Part shown: positions 51,739 through 63,918 of the stretch, in pieces | How positions within the stretch are numbered: the first letter of the stretch is position 1 | Layout of the letters: each line of letters opens with the position of its first letter | Assembly (NCBI GenBank): GCA_002269645.1 | Contig: NIVC01001265.1 | Coordinates: 261,173-325,172 of the forward strand | Origin: Macrostomum lignano | Taxonomy: Eukaryota | DNA: 64,000 bases | Direction: 5' to 3' | The notes under the pieces: model-generated | The model's database searches: none | The model's input: only the letters and a program-made list of their open reading frames with translations | What the model was told of the DNA's origin: nothing | Made by a program: the position numbers and the translations under genes

Positions 51739-52617
51739 CTGATTTTTCCTTCTCCTCTACAAGTACTCGATTCTTAAATTTAAGAATTGGAGTCACAAAA
51801 GAAAAAGATTTAGTCTTAAACTTCTAATTTATATTCTTCAGTTTTAAGTGGATATGGTCGCATTTTACCTATTTTCTTGTCTTCGTGAAAATATATTAAA
51901 ATGCAACATAAAATAATAACTATGTTTATCTTATCCGTAGTCTATCAACAGTCTCGAAAACAATCAAATTTTAGAACACTTGTAACATTTCAGTAAAAGG
52001 CTATGTGGCACAGTAAACCGAAAATGTTGCTTCACTCCCTAGAAAATAGATGAAAAATACTAATCAACTGCTTTCCCTTTACTTTCATAGAAAATCTGAA
52101 ACTGAATAATTTACTAAACTTAACAATACTAACTTGATATTTAAAAAAAAGTTACGTTTTGGTAAAAATTGTATTCCAGTTTTATTTTCCCTAAGTGTGC
52201 ACTTTTATTGAAATTTCTGCAAAAGAAGTAAGATTATTATTTTTAATTTAGTTATTGTAGGAAATAGTACAAATTTTTACAGCTTTACTTCAACGTCAGC
52301 TTATGTTCAGTAAAAATTTTGTTATTTATAGTTCATAATCTTATACCGGTTTTTATAATGCATTTAGAATTCGAGTGCTATATTCAATTCCATATAAATA
52401 AACTTCTCTACTAAACGTCAAGCCTAGTCCAGATCTATTGCAGACTTCTATCGACTATTCATCTTCTGTCTGTTCAGACTTCAGACTTCTCAGTTCTGCC
52501 AAAACTTCAAAGTAGTAGAAGTTATTGCGCTACTGTTTAGAGCAACCTAAATTATAATTTTCTGTGAAACCACCTTTACTAAGACTAGAGTAGGCTCAAG
52601 GCCTCATAAAAAATACT
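51739..52617. promoter_or_regulatory. Putative bidirectional promoter between Sbf and NELFA
   Basis: 879 bp separate the two divergent ATGs. The interval is repeat-free and retains CpGs. Confidence 0.6.
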
Positions 52618-55600
52618 ATGGCAACTCAGCCAACAGACGAAATCATTGAATGGCATAAGAGATTGGGTGGTGACAACTTTGATTACTGGATTCCACCAAC
52701 TGTAACGGCCTGTTTTACAGAAGAGAAACTAAAAGCATTGAGTGATATTCATTCTTCAGGAAATTTTAGCAACTTATCAGAATGTCTAAAAACAAAGCTT
52801 CTTCTTGCATTGTGTAATATGCCACAAAGAAACTCTGATCAGGTAAGTTTTAATTTTGTAACCTATTATTGTTTATTTAAGAGTATGCTTTATAAATGAT
52901 ATAATTATATAGCTTAGCTATATTAAATTTGGCATTAGCTTAGCAAGCAAAAGCTCTGCATATGTAGGCCTATATGGTCTAAGTCTAATACTATTACTAA
53001 CAGCTATGTAGATAGAATATAATGTGATTAAAAATGGTTCTGGCCAAAGTTGTTATTCAAGATTGTCATATATGGGTTATGAGGAAAACAACTTGGCCTA
53101 AATTATCTATATTGTCATTGTCTTATTATTGTATTGTGTGCATTTACTTAAATTATCATATTGTGTTATATTGGCTATGCAATGATCTCAACTTATTGTG
53201 GCAACCATCTGCTTAGAACTTTAGTAATTAGGACTTGGACTAGGACTATTCCTAGTTAAATTCATTGGGTCTGACTAAATATTTAGTGTCACATTGTATT
53301 GCATTATATTAGTTTAATAATTCTATAATAAGAAGCCATTATATATATTTTTAAACTTTAGTCAAGATACTATTTAATAGCTATTATAATAGTATATATA
53401 AATAAATTTATTCTAAGGTTTTAAATATATTTTTTGTTCAATTGGATTTTTTTTCAAAGAAAGTTGATTTGATAATTCAATAAAATTAATTTCTTAATAT
53501 TTTACTTATTAGGCCCTAGAGTATATCTAAATATACTAAATATTATCTATTATCCATATTTAGTCCTATATAATTAAAATGCATGTTTGAAATTGATGCA
53601 CTTTATATATAACAAAATACAACTATAGTTACAATATATAATTAGTAAAGTAAATGGTTTTATACAATTATAGAATAAAGTTAGAGGTTGGATAAGATCT
53701 TGATCTTCCTATCATTATTCATGATTTTGACTGTTTTCTTAATCAAATCTCAATTAAATCTCAATTTCAAAAGTGCCATGAGTCTGAGATATAAAATAAA
53801 GTAAAATAAAGAGCTTTAGTTTGAATATCAATATTTTGAATATAGCATAGTGTTACAGGATGATGCTTCTGCCCTCTAGAATCCTACTAATGCCACTAGC
53901 TATTATAGGGGTAAACTTCTATCTTCCGAAACAATCTCACCGATTAGCCACTAGCTGTTATAGGTGTTTTGTTCTGTCCCCTGTAATGATCTCACTGCTA
54001 TTACCAAAGTTGTAACAATGCTGATTCTTTTTTGAATATCCTATTAGTCCTAACTTCTAATTCCTGACTCTGGTATCATTCTGATAGCATTCTTAGTAGC
54101 ATTCTGGTAGCATTCTTAGTAGGGTTCAGGTAGCATTCATATATTATATGGCCTGAGCAGTCTTCTGGTATGTGTACTTTTTCTCCAGTCTAGGCATTAC
54201 CAAGATTAGAAGGTCACAGAGCTTACTCTTAGTACTCCCTTTGCATGAATTCCCCAGCTTCTCTCAACCTTCTGGCAAGTTTCTTAAAAACACTCTTACT
54301 TATCTTACTAGTAAAATACTTAATGTTTTTAAAAGATCTGAGAACAATTTAGCAAACACTTATTATTGAACTAGCTATAAATTATTTAATCGCATGAGCA
54401 AGTTGGTTTTCTATTCCTAAACTTTGCTCCTATTTATACCAACTGAAATGTGTATTTTAATAATTTAAGAATATTATTAGAAAATATTTAGAAAAGTAAA
54501 ACAAAATAAATTTTGGGCATAAGTTTATATTTAATTTTTTCTAAGAAACCCTATTACAATAGATTACCTAGACTTTGATATAAACACATTGAATTAAAAA
54601 TGAATTTGAATCAAATTAGTACCAAAAAACTCAGTGTCACCCATATTAAGGGATTTAGCCAAGTGTTTAGAAAATTGATGCACAAGTCACCTAACTAGTA
54701 GCAGTAATGCAACCAGAAATTTTTTAAGAAGGAGCAGTTTCCAGAAGGTAAAGACCAGAGAGGGGCAAAGGGGTGGCTCTGTTTTTGGCAAAAAATTGCT
54801 TGGTCCCCCTTTGATTTTTTCAAGTCTTTTCTCAATGTAGGCACAGCCACCCTCCTGGTTATGCCACTGTGTTGAACCTCTTTTTTTAAGCAACACAGAA
54901 ATAAGGTTGCACATTTTGTGTGCCATGTCAATAGCTTGGTTTTCTTTCTTGCTTGATTGACAAGTTTTATCAAAAGCTATTCTCTTAAAGATTAGATCTT
55001 GCCTGTTTGTTAATGCCAGTTATATTCCAATTTGCTACAATAGTGCTTTAGCAAAAGTACCTATTGGAGTAAGTTAACAAACCACAGATAGCTATCTGTT
55101 GCATTTTCAATATTTTTCTGTGCTATGTTACACAACAGTTGAAGAGCAGGGCAGTATTGTGTGTTTTAGTTGACAGGTGGCAATGCCAGAAGTATGGTGC
55201 ATTTATGACCCTTAGGAGTAACATAGTTGTCATTTGAGACTTTGAGCATAGAATTTCAGGACATTTATTATATTTTCTAGGTTTTCATATTGGTCTTTAT
55301 CTGTCATTTTAGCCGTTTTTTTTCTAATTTTTCAAATTGTTATTTTTCACATCATTCTGCCCCTTTTCATTCTTTTGTCTCATGTGTTGCACTTTTTGCA
55401 TCTGTCATGCATCAATGGGTTTAAAGTAAAATATTACTTAAAATCCATATTGTCAAAGAAGTTCTTTATTCTAAAGAAAACCAACAAAGATCAGTTTTGT
55501 TCAACAGTTAGTTAGCTTTTATTATGATATATACATTTTATATTCAATAAATCAATGTTGAACTTTCATTTGCTAATAAGGATAAAGCATCCATGCTAAA

Positions 55601-58600
55601 TAACTAGCTTTGTAAGTAGAATAGCAGAAATATTTTCCTAGATTTCAGTAAATCAAAGGCCAAAACTAAATTGCACAAATTAGTACAAACTTGTCTCAAT
55701 CTCAATCCATGCAGTGGCGAGAGCACATTGATGCAATATTCAATGTAGCGCTGAGCGAGGGAAGCGAGAGCTGGGTCAGGCCCATAGCCGACATGCTGTA
55801 CACTCTGCCATCACTTGGCTACCTGCGCACAGGCCTGGAAGACAATCCGCTAGTGTCGGAGGCGCTGACCGCTGTGCAGACTAAACGGCCCTGGCGGCTC
55901 AGTTCGCTGCCAATGGAGGCGGAATTTGTCAATCCGGATGTCCTGGCCGACCTTGGCTGTCCAGACGGTCAACAGCAGCAGCAGCAGCAGAGACATTTTG
56001 TAATTGTACGCAAGCCGCGCTCGGTGGTTGCTATGGGGGTCATACTGGAGAAAGCGGCCAGGCAAAGAGACGACGCCCAAGGCGGCGGCAGGCGCTACAC
56101 GGCGCCAATTAAGATGCGCAGCTTCGCCAAGAACTGGTTCGACGAAGACGACCAGACTGATAGGCCGGCTAATGAGTCGTCTGCCGCTTCGTCTGGAGTT
56201 CGGCGCCCGGCCAATTCGTCTCTGTCTGCTGGCGGGCATCGGCTAGCGGGATCTCAGGTCAGGCTGTGTGCGCGTGTTCTCACTGCACCCCAGATACATA
56301 TGGATTACCCCAGATACCTATGGATTACCCCAGATACCTATGGATTACCCCAGATACCTATGGATCACCCCAGATACCTATGGATCACCCCAGATACCTA
56401 TGGATTACCCCAGATACCTATGGATCACTCCAGATACCTAGATACCTATGGATTACCCCAGATACCTATGGATCACTCCAGATACCTATGGATCACCTCA
56501 GATACCTATGGATTACCCCAGATACCTATGGATCACCTCAGATACCTATGGATTACCCCAGATACCTATGGATCACACCAGATACATATGGATCACCCAG
56601 ATACATATGGATCACCCCACATACATATGGATCACGCCAGATACATATGGATCACCCCAGATACATATGGATCAACCCAGATACATATGGATCACCCAGA
56701 TACATATGGATCACCCCAGATACCCTATGGATCACCCCAGATACCCTAAGGATTACCCCAGATACTCATGGATCACCCCAGATACCCTATGAATCACCTC
56801 AGATACTTTATGAATCAGCCCAGATACCCTAAGGATTACCCCAGATACCTATGGACCCCCAGATACTCATGGATCACCCCAGATACCCTATGAATCACCT
56901 CAGATACTTTATGAATCAGCCCAGATACCCTAAGGATTACCCCAGATACCTATGGACCCCCAGATACTCATGGATCACCCCAGATACATATGGATCACCT
57001 CAGATACATATGGATCACCCCAGATACCTTATGGATCACCTCAGATACCTTATGGATCACCTCAGATACCTTATAAATCACCTTAGATACCTATGGATCA
57101 CATTTTTCACCGTTTTCCTCCCAATGCGCCCAAACCGAGCAGATGCGCCGCCCCGTGCAGAGCCAGCCGCCGCTGCAGCTGCTGGCCAGGCAGCGCTCAT
57201 CCGTTCACCCGCTGGGGACGCCGGTCGGCGGGTCGCACGGCCTGCATCATCAGCTATCGCAGCAGCCGCCGCAGCAGCGCACCACTAAACTGATTGAGCT
57301 GTCCGAGCCGCCCGCCATCGGCCGCGCCGCTAAGGCCCGTCGGCGTCAGGAAGAAGCGGAGCGCCGTCGACAAGAGGAGCGGGCCGCTAAGGAGGAAGCC
57401 GCCGCCAAGGCCGCCCAGGCTCGCGAAGCTGAGGAGGCCAGGTAAGGACTCTGGTAGCGCTTAACTGGCGTTTCAAGCTCATTGATCCTTAGTTGCTGGG
57501 CCAGCCTCCCAGATCCCCAGTTGCTAGGCCAGCCTCCCAGATCCCCAGTTGCTGGGCCAGCCTCCCAGATCCCCAGTTGCTGGGCCAGCCTCCCAGATCC
57601 TCAGTTGCTGGGCCAGCCTCCCAGATCCCCAGTTGCTGGGCCTGCCTCCCAGATCCTCAGTTGCTCGGCCAGCCTCCCAGATCCCCAGTTGCTAGGCCAG
57701 CCTCCCAGATCCCCAGTTGCTGGGCCAGCCTTCCAGATCCTCAGTTGCTGGGCCAGCCTCCCAGATCCCAGTTGCTGGGCCTGCCTTCCAAATCCTCAGT
57801 TGCTGTACCAGCCCCCAGATCCTCAGTTGCTGTACCAGCCTCCCAGATCTTCAGTTGCTGGGCCTGCCTCCCAGATCCTCAGTTGCTCGGCTGAGATTTC
57901 AAGACTGAGGCGAATACTCTGCAGTTTTTACAAATCCAGTGCTCCAACCATTGCAGACAGCAGGCCCTGGCAAAGGAGGCAGAGGAAACTGCCGCAGCGG
58001 CTCAAGCAGCCTCCGCCGCCGCGGTCGCTGCTGCCTCATCGTCGGTCGTGAATTCCAATGCGGCCGGCTCGATGCCCGCATCTGCGGCTGGCCTGCCGCA
58101 TCTGTCCTCCCCGTTGCTGACGCCGTCCGGACCTGCCGGTGCACCGAATTTTGCCGGCCTGTCAACTGCAACGGTGTCGGTGTCGGCGCCATCCAGCGCG
58201 CCGTCGGTTGTTCCAGCGACGCTGCCTTCCCTGCGCCTGACTCCGGCCAGCACCTCGACGCTGACTCAGCCGACGAATCAGCAGCCTGTGCAGCAGCAGC
58301 AGCAGGCGGCGCAGCCTCAACCGCCCGGTGCATCGGCGGCAGCGGCAACGCCGAGCTACCTGCTCCCGTTCGCGCCAGCCTATGCCGGCCAGATGCAGCA
58401 GCCGACGCTGTTTGCCTACAGCCAGCCTGTGAGTTATTCCAGATTGTCTCTTAGTGGGAGTTGGATTATGTGATCCTATGTTGTTGTACCTGTTGCTCGA
58501 ATGTGCGTCTGCCCGCTGTCACACCTTCACTGCTAATCACATTTCACTGTCTTTTCTGTCAGCTACCCTATCTACTCTGTCAGCTACCCTACCTACTCTG

Positions 58601-59841
58601 TCAGCTACCCTACCTACTCTGTCAGCTACCCTACCTACTCTGTCAGCTACCCTACCTCCTCTGTCAGCTACCCTACCTACTCTGTCAGCTACCCTACCTA
58701 CTCTGTCAGCTACCCTACCTACTCTGTCAGCTACCCTACCTACTCTGTCAGCTACCCTACCTCCTCTGTCAGCTACCCTACCTACTCCGTCAGCTACCCT
58801 ACCTACTCCGTCAGCTACCCTACCTACTCTGTCAGCTACCCTACCTACTCTGTCAGCTACCCTACCTACTCTGTCAGCTACCCTACCTACTCTGTCAGCT
58901 ACCCTACCTCCTCTGTCAGCTACCCTACCTCCTCCGTCAGCTACCCTACCTACTCCGTCAGCTACCCTACCTACTCTGTCAGCTACCCTACCTCCTCTGT
59001 CAGCTACCCTACCTACTCTGTCAGCTACCCTACCTCCTCTGTCAGCTACCCTACCTACTCCGTCAGCTACCCTACCTACTCCGTCAGCTACCCTACCTAC
59101 TCTGTCAGCTACCCTACCTCCTCTGTCAGCTACCCTACCTACTCTGTCAGCTACCCTACCTACTCCGTCAGCTACCCTACCTACTCCGTCAGCTACCCTA
59201 CCTACTCTGTCAGCTACCCTACCTCCTCTGTCAGCTACCCTACCTACTCTGTCAGCTACCCTACCTACTCTGTCAGCTATTTCATGGCTGGCACTCCATT
59301 AACTTTTCAGACTGCGTCTGCAGCGCCAAACAACATCACGGTTGTGCAGCTGGTCAATCGACCTTACGCGATGCAGCAGCAGCAGCCGCAGCAACAGCAA
59401 CAGCAGCAGCAACAGCAGCAGCTCCAGCACCAGCCGCCGCAGCAACAGCAGCAGCTCCAGCACCAGCCGCCGCACCAAGCGGCCGCCTCCCTGTCTGTCC
59501 AGCTGACGCCAGAGCAGAGCCGAGCTGCCGCCGAGCTATTCGCCACGGCCAACAAGCTCACTAAGCCGGAGAAATCAGTCATATTGGCTTTTATTGGCGG
59601 CAATAGGACTAATTTAACCCCCGAGCTCGGCCACCTGGTTCGAATTCACCTGTCCGAATACAAAGAGCGCGTGTTCGATCAGAATCAGCGAGTCTACAAA
59701 GACGTCATTGCGGATCAGTATTTTCAAATGGACTACGCCAGCGGACACTGGACTATTGTTAAACGGTACAAGGAGGGCGCACCGAGGTGCTGGCTAGGCT
59801 GGACTATCTTCGGCCTCAGCAGCAGGCAGCAGCAGCAGTAA
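52618..59841 (+). CDS. NELFA: Negative elongation factor A (WHSC2 homologue), ~689 aa, 5 exons
   Basis: Exons 52618-52842, 55715-56257, 57143-57441, 57957-58428, 59311-59841, phases consistent. The N-terminus (WHKRLG...WIPPTVTACFT, KTKLLLAL, SWVRPIADML, LPMEAEFVN, RHFVIVRKPRS) and C-terminus (ELFATANKLTKPEKSVILAFIGGNR...IHLSEYKE...FQMDYASGHWTIVKRYK) match NELF-A. The exact C-terminal end is less certain. Confidence 0.92.
56288..57100. repeat. 20-bp minisatellite (CCCCAGATACCTATGGATTA)n in NELFA intron 2
   Basis: About 40 units with variant blocks. Confidence 0.95.
57487..57893 (+). repeat. 28-bp minisatellite (CCTCCCAGATCCTCAGTTGCTGGGCCAG)n, copy 3
   Basis: Same family as the arrays at 21.7 kb and 33.6 kb; fills NELFA intron 3. 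Confidence 0.93.
58552..59280. repeat. 21-bp minisatellite (CTACCCTACCTACTCTGTCAG)n in NELFA intron 4
   Basis: About 35 units. Confidence 0.96.
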
Positions 59842-60779
59842 TAGCAGGTTTAGCATCTGACATGTTTGCTTCGCTGCATCTCAGCAGCAGCAGCAGCAGC
59901 AGTAATAGCAGGTTTAGCATCTGACATGTTTGCTTCGCTGCATCTGGGAATTAATCGATCATGTTTGTTGTTGTTGAATTAATAATGCTTAGATCTGTAT
60001 TTATGTAGCCTGGCGTTTTGTAAATCAAAGCTTATTTTATTTTAATTTCAACCATACGCATTGAATGTATACTTGTATATCTAGATCAGTATGTACTTTT
60101 TCTGAACAGAATGTAGTACGTACGAAAACCGTGTATAAATACAATTTGTTCAATGTACTTCTATTGTAGTTTAGCTTTTAGTCTAATGTACTTTAAATGG
60201 GTAAGTCTGGTTTAATGTACTTTAAATATTTAATTCTAGTGTAATGAACGTATATTTTAGATTACACTCGTAGCTTTTAAGTAATGTACTTTTAGGTGTA
60301 CTAATCTAACGATGTAGTTTCTATTGAGCATGGTGAAACAGTCGCTAACTCTCTACACACAAGGCTACTAATTTGCTGCTGCTAAAAATTTTACAGTTCA
60401 ATCTCGTCTCTGAATAATTCAATAATATGTAGATTGGCATTTTGTGCTTCGCTGCTCAGGTGTGAATTAGCTGACTAAAAAATAACTTGTGCCGCGCGAG
60501 CCTATTAACCATGTTACATTTGTTACGTGTGCATGGACGTACCGCCTGTGTCTGTTATTCAGTGTTCCATCCTGTTAAAGTTTTCCGTGTCCATAATATA
60601 CATAATCAATCGCTGCACTATTTTCATATTGGATAAGTGCTATTGTGCCAGCTTAGAAAATTTTAATAACTATAATTACGACTCGTTGTAATTATTAATT
60701 CAACCTTGTAATTAGCCCTGTTTTTAATTATTTTTTCCTTGCATTCCTTGCAAAGCTGTAGTTTAGCTTTTGATAAAGG

Positions 60780-60990
60780 GCATCCCAATTGGATCCACTT
60801 TTGGGGTTGTAGTCTCAAAGGTCGGGGGTTCGATTCCCGATCCCACTGGAACAATTTGTGTCCTTGAGCAAGTCACTCAACTCTGCATTGCTTCAGTTGA
60901 CCCAGCTGTAAAATGGGTGCCAGCATTCGCTGGGGTAATTGAGGGTGTGTGGCGACCCCCCCCCCCAGTCCTTCAGATGCCAGCTACTCT
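60780..60990 (+). mobile_element. tRNA-derived SINE with CORE-like domain
   Basis: B-box GGTTCGATTCCC at ~60827, then TGTGTCCTTGAGCAAGTCACTCAACTCTGCATTGCTTCAGTTGACCCAGCTGTAAAATGGG, which resembles the MIR/CORE consensus (TGTGACCTTGGGCAAGTCACTTAACCTCTCTG..CCTCAGTTTCCTCATCTGTAAAATGGG). Boundaries are approximate. Confidence 0.7.
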
Positions 60991-62021
60991 GTCAGCCGTA
61001 CGCAGCCTTCAGATGCGCCGTGCAAATAGCTGCGGCTGAGCTGTCGGTTGCACATCTGCCCAATTGGGGCAGGTGTACTGGAAACGCAACTGGTTGGAAA
61101 TAAACAATTCCTTATTGAAGAAACCTCACTATAATTTATTTAGTTTACAATTTAATAAAAGAATTCTTTGTTTGACAAAAATTATGTATTTTTTATGCCG
61201 GACAATTTCAACTAAAAGACGCTTAATGTGTGCTTTGCGGGTCGGGGGCATTCTTTGCTATTAGGCGTATGGCATATATTATATCAATATAACGCAATTG
61301 TATGTTAAAGTGCAGAAGCTGCGGTCGAGGCTTGGGAGAGAAGAAACGTAACAATAATTACGTTATCGCGGTTATGAAGAGTTACAGACTAGATAAATTC
61401 AGATGTCATTAGTACAGACAAATTCAGTTTGTTGGGGTGCTAAAAAACTGGAAATACTATTATACTAGGGCGCTGTTTTTATATTGAAACTAAAACTGTT
61501 ATTGTACACTTTAAATAGTAGTGCTTTTTAAGAGAGAAAAACAAGCGCAGGCATTGTACAGAAGGGTTGCACTTTTAGAACTAATATAAAATGATGAACA
61601 AGACAGCTGTCTATACGGTTTAAAGAGTCTTTGCGCACTGTGAAATGATTAAAACTGTAATTGAATTAAAAGGCGAATCCAGTGAACTTCGATTTCTTTT
61701 TTAATTAAGGAAGTTCTAAACGAGGGAAGGGTGGTTGCAGCCAATAGTTATTATTATTATATCTATATCTAAGCTCAGCTTACTGGAGAAGCGAATTCTA
61801 TGTGTAGGACATATGGGCATAAAACAACAGGTGAAAATTACGAATTAACAATAGCATAAAACGCGATACGACCGTCCTTTCTAGTGTAATAAGTGGCAAC
61901 TTTTTGTCTACAGGTGCGTAAAATATCGCACTCAAGATATTTTTATATAAAGTACCACTTTCAGCCCTGCAACTAATAAAATGTAAATCGTAAGTCTTGA
62001 TGTTTTACAAGCACTTGCAGT

Positions 62022-62560
62022 CAGTGGCGTACGCAGAGAGGCCTCTTCTCTTCCCCACCCCCAACGCAACCGACCGCCACCCCACCCCCAATACAACCGA
62101 TCGCCACCCCACCCCAACACAACCGATCGCCACCCCACCCCAACACAACCGATCGCCACCCCACCCCCAACACAACCGATCGCCACCCCACCCCCAACAC
62201 AACCGATCGCCACCCCACCCCCAACACAACCGATCGCCACCCCCCCCAACACAACCGATCGCCACCCCACCCCAACACAACCGATCGCCACCCCACCCCC
62301 AACACAACCGATCGCCACCCCACCCCCAACACAACCGATCGCCACCCCACCCCCAACACAACGATCGCCACCCCACCCCCCAAAAGTTGTGCATCCAAAA
62401 ACGAATGAACAGAGCTCAACATTCGCCACTTCTTGGCCGGGGCATCAACTGGCCTAAGAGATAGGGGTAGGGGGCGGCTACCAAGGAGATTTGGATGCCA
62501 CCCAATTTTTAAAGAGTCTGAAGAGGCCTCATCAAATTCAAACTCGTGCGTACGCCACTG
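62022..62560. mobile_element. hAT-like MITE containing a 27-bp minisatellite
   Basis: Perfect 14-bp TIRs CAGTGGCGTACGCA (62022-62035) and TGCGTACGCCACTG (62547-62560). The flanks CTTGCAGT and TGTGCAGC match only partly as an 8-bp TSD. Confidence 0.7.
62055..62385. repeat. 27-bp minisatellite (CAACACAACCGATCGCCACCCCACCCC)n inside MITE
   Basis: About 12 units between the two TIRs. Confidence 0.93.
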
Positions 62561-63750
62561 TGTGCAGCTCATATCGGAGCAGAAACGTAATGAAATATGC
62601 GAGAGGTTTTACACAAAATTTGTGATAATCCGTGATTCATGTTTTTAAAAAGCTTTTAAACTGTCTTACGAATAGCATTGAGTCATTCAGTTTGTTTAAA
62701 TGACCTCACAATAGCGCGGTACAAACTTGACTAATAAAGCAACAATAATCGAAGGAGGCAAAGAAAAATTACGTATGCATATAATAATAGTAAAGAATAA
62801 AAAATTACTTGTCCCGGGGGCTTCGTTATTGAATAATAATTGAAAACTGCAAATTCTATCTTTGTTCAAGTGAGCAGTATTTGTTAAGCTGTTTATGCGT
62901 TTTAAATATTGATTAATATGCGATGCGCTGGATTGGCAGTCATGTAGAATTAATAAACAATGACTAAAACTTACCGTTTTTTCAAGATATTTAGAGGTAA
63001 AAAGTAAACTGACTTAGCAAAATAAATCATTTACGAACAAAAAGAGCTAACTTGTATATATGCCTTGTGCATTGAGTATAATATTATATAACAGAAGTCA
63101 GTTAGAAACGAGCTTAAAAACTATTGGTAAAAGGGTCGTAAAAAACCGATATTCCCTCAATGACCAAACACGAGCCGTCTGTCGGTGTGATACACGGTTC
63201 CAATAAAAAGGAAACACAAACAAACACTGACAAACAAATAAAAAAAGAAACAAAACACACAGACTAGTATAAGAAGATTAGGACAAAAAAGCACAACAGT
63301 CTTCTTTAGGATAATGCGTCTAAGAGGAAGCAGAGGTTGAGAGGGGAGATTAGCATATTTAGCAATAGAAATATGTCGTTACTACGTGGATAGGAGCGCT
63401 CGGCATGCTTTTTTTGTCAGCATTTGCTATCTACTTACTGTTAGTAGTGCTTCGTGTTAGCGCAGTGTTGGCAGTCGCATTTCAGTGTCTCTAGTTTCTA
63501 AGTACACTATGTATGTATATTGTCTATGTACATTGCCAACGTACATTGTCCTTGGGGGCATCCACCTCACGCTATTTCTCTTCTAGCTTCAGTTCTAAAT
63601 TTAGCCCAAAGTGCATTCTCTATTGGCTGATAAATTAGCAGCCAATCAGATTATGCTAACTGCAATGCGACTGAACAGCTGCATAGTTTTTCTTTAGTTA
63701 CGTGCTGTCACTGATTAAAAACGCCGTGCATTAGCTTATATGTAGAGCGC

Positions 63751-63918
63751 TCAGGCCACAGCCTCCGCCGCATTGGGCCCGGCCTCATCCGTCGTACTCA
63801 ACCGACGGGTTGCCTCTTTAGAAAATGGGCCAGCCTGGTTATTGGATAGGCTGGAGTTCATCGACCGGCGATCCATATCAGAGTCAAGCCCCATCCTGAA
63901 AGCGTTCACAACGCGAAC
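63751..63918 (-). CDS. PMCA: Terminal exon of a plasma-membrane Ca2+-ATPase (calmodulin-binding tail); rest of gene lies beyond the window
   Basis: A strong pyrimidine tract and TAG acceptor at 63919-63940 precede a phase-0 exon VRVVNAFRMGLDSDMDRRSMNSSLSNNQAGPFSKEATRRLSTTDEAGPNAAEAVA-TGA. This matches the PMCA 'QTQ|IRVVNAFR' splice-site-C exon start. Confidence 0.75.
   Translation of the reverse strand, partial: VRVVNAFRMGLDSDMDRRSMNSSLSNNQAGPFSKEATRRLSTTDEAGPNAAEAVA

Noticed and set aside
54702-54869. Possible small hAT MITE (CAGTAATGCAACCAG ... CTGGTTATGCCACTG)
   Set aside because: TIRs match only 10/15 and there is no TSD; perhaps an old relic but not supportable.
58454-59564. ATLPTLS / LPYLLCQ repeats as a coding mucin-like NELFA exon
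   Set aside because: Neither frame joins both flanking exons in phase; NELFA splices in frame 58428 to 59311 without it.
60800-60850. tRNA gene
   Set aside because: B-box present but no convincing cloverleaf, and it is followed by a CORE domain, so it is treated as a SINE head.
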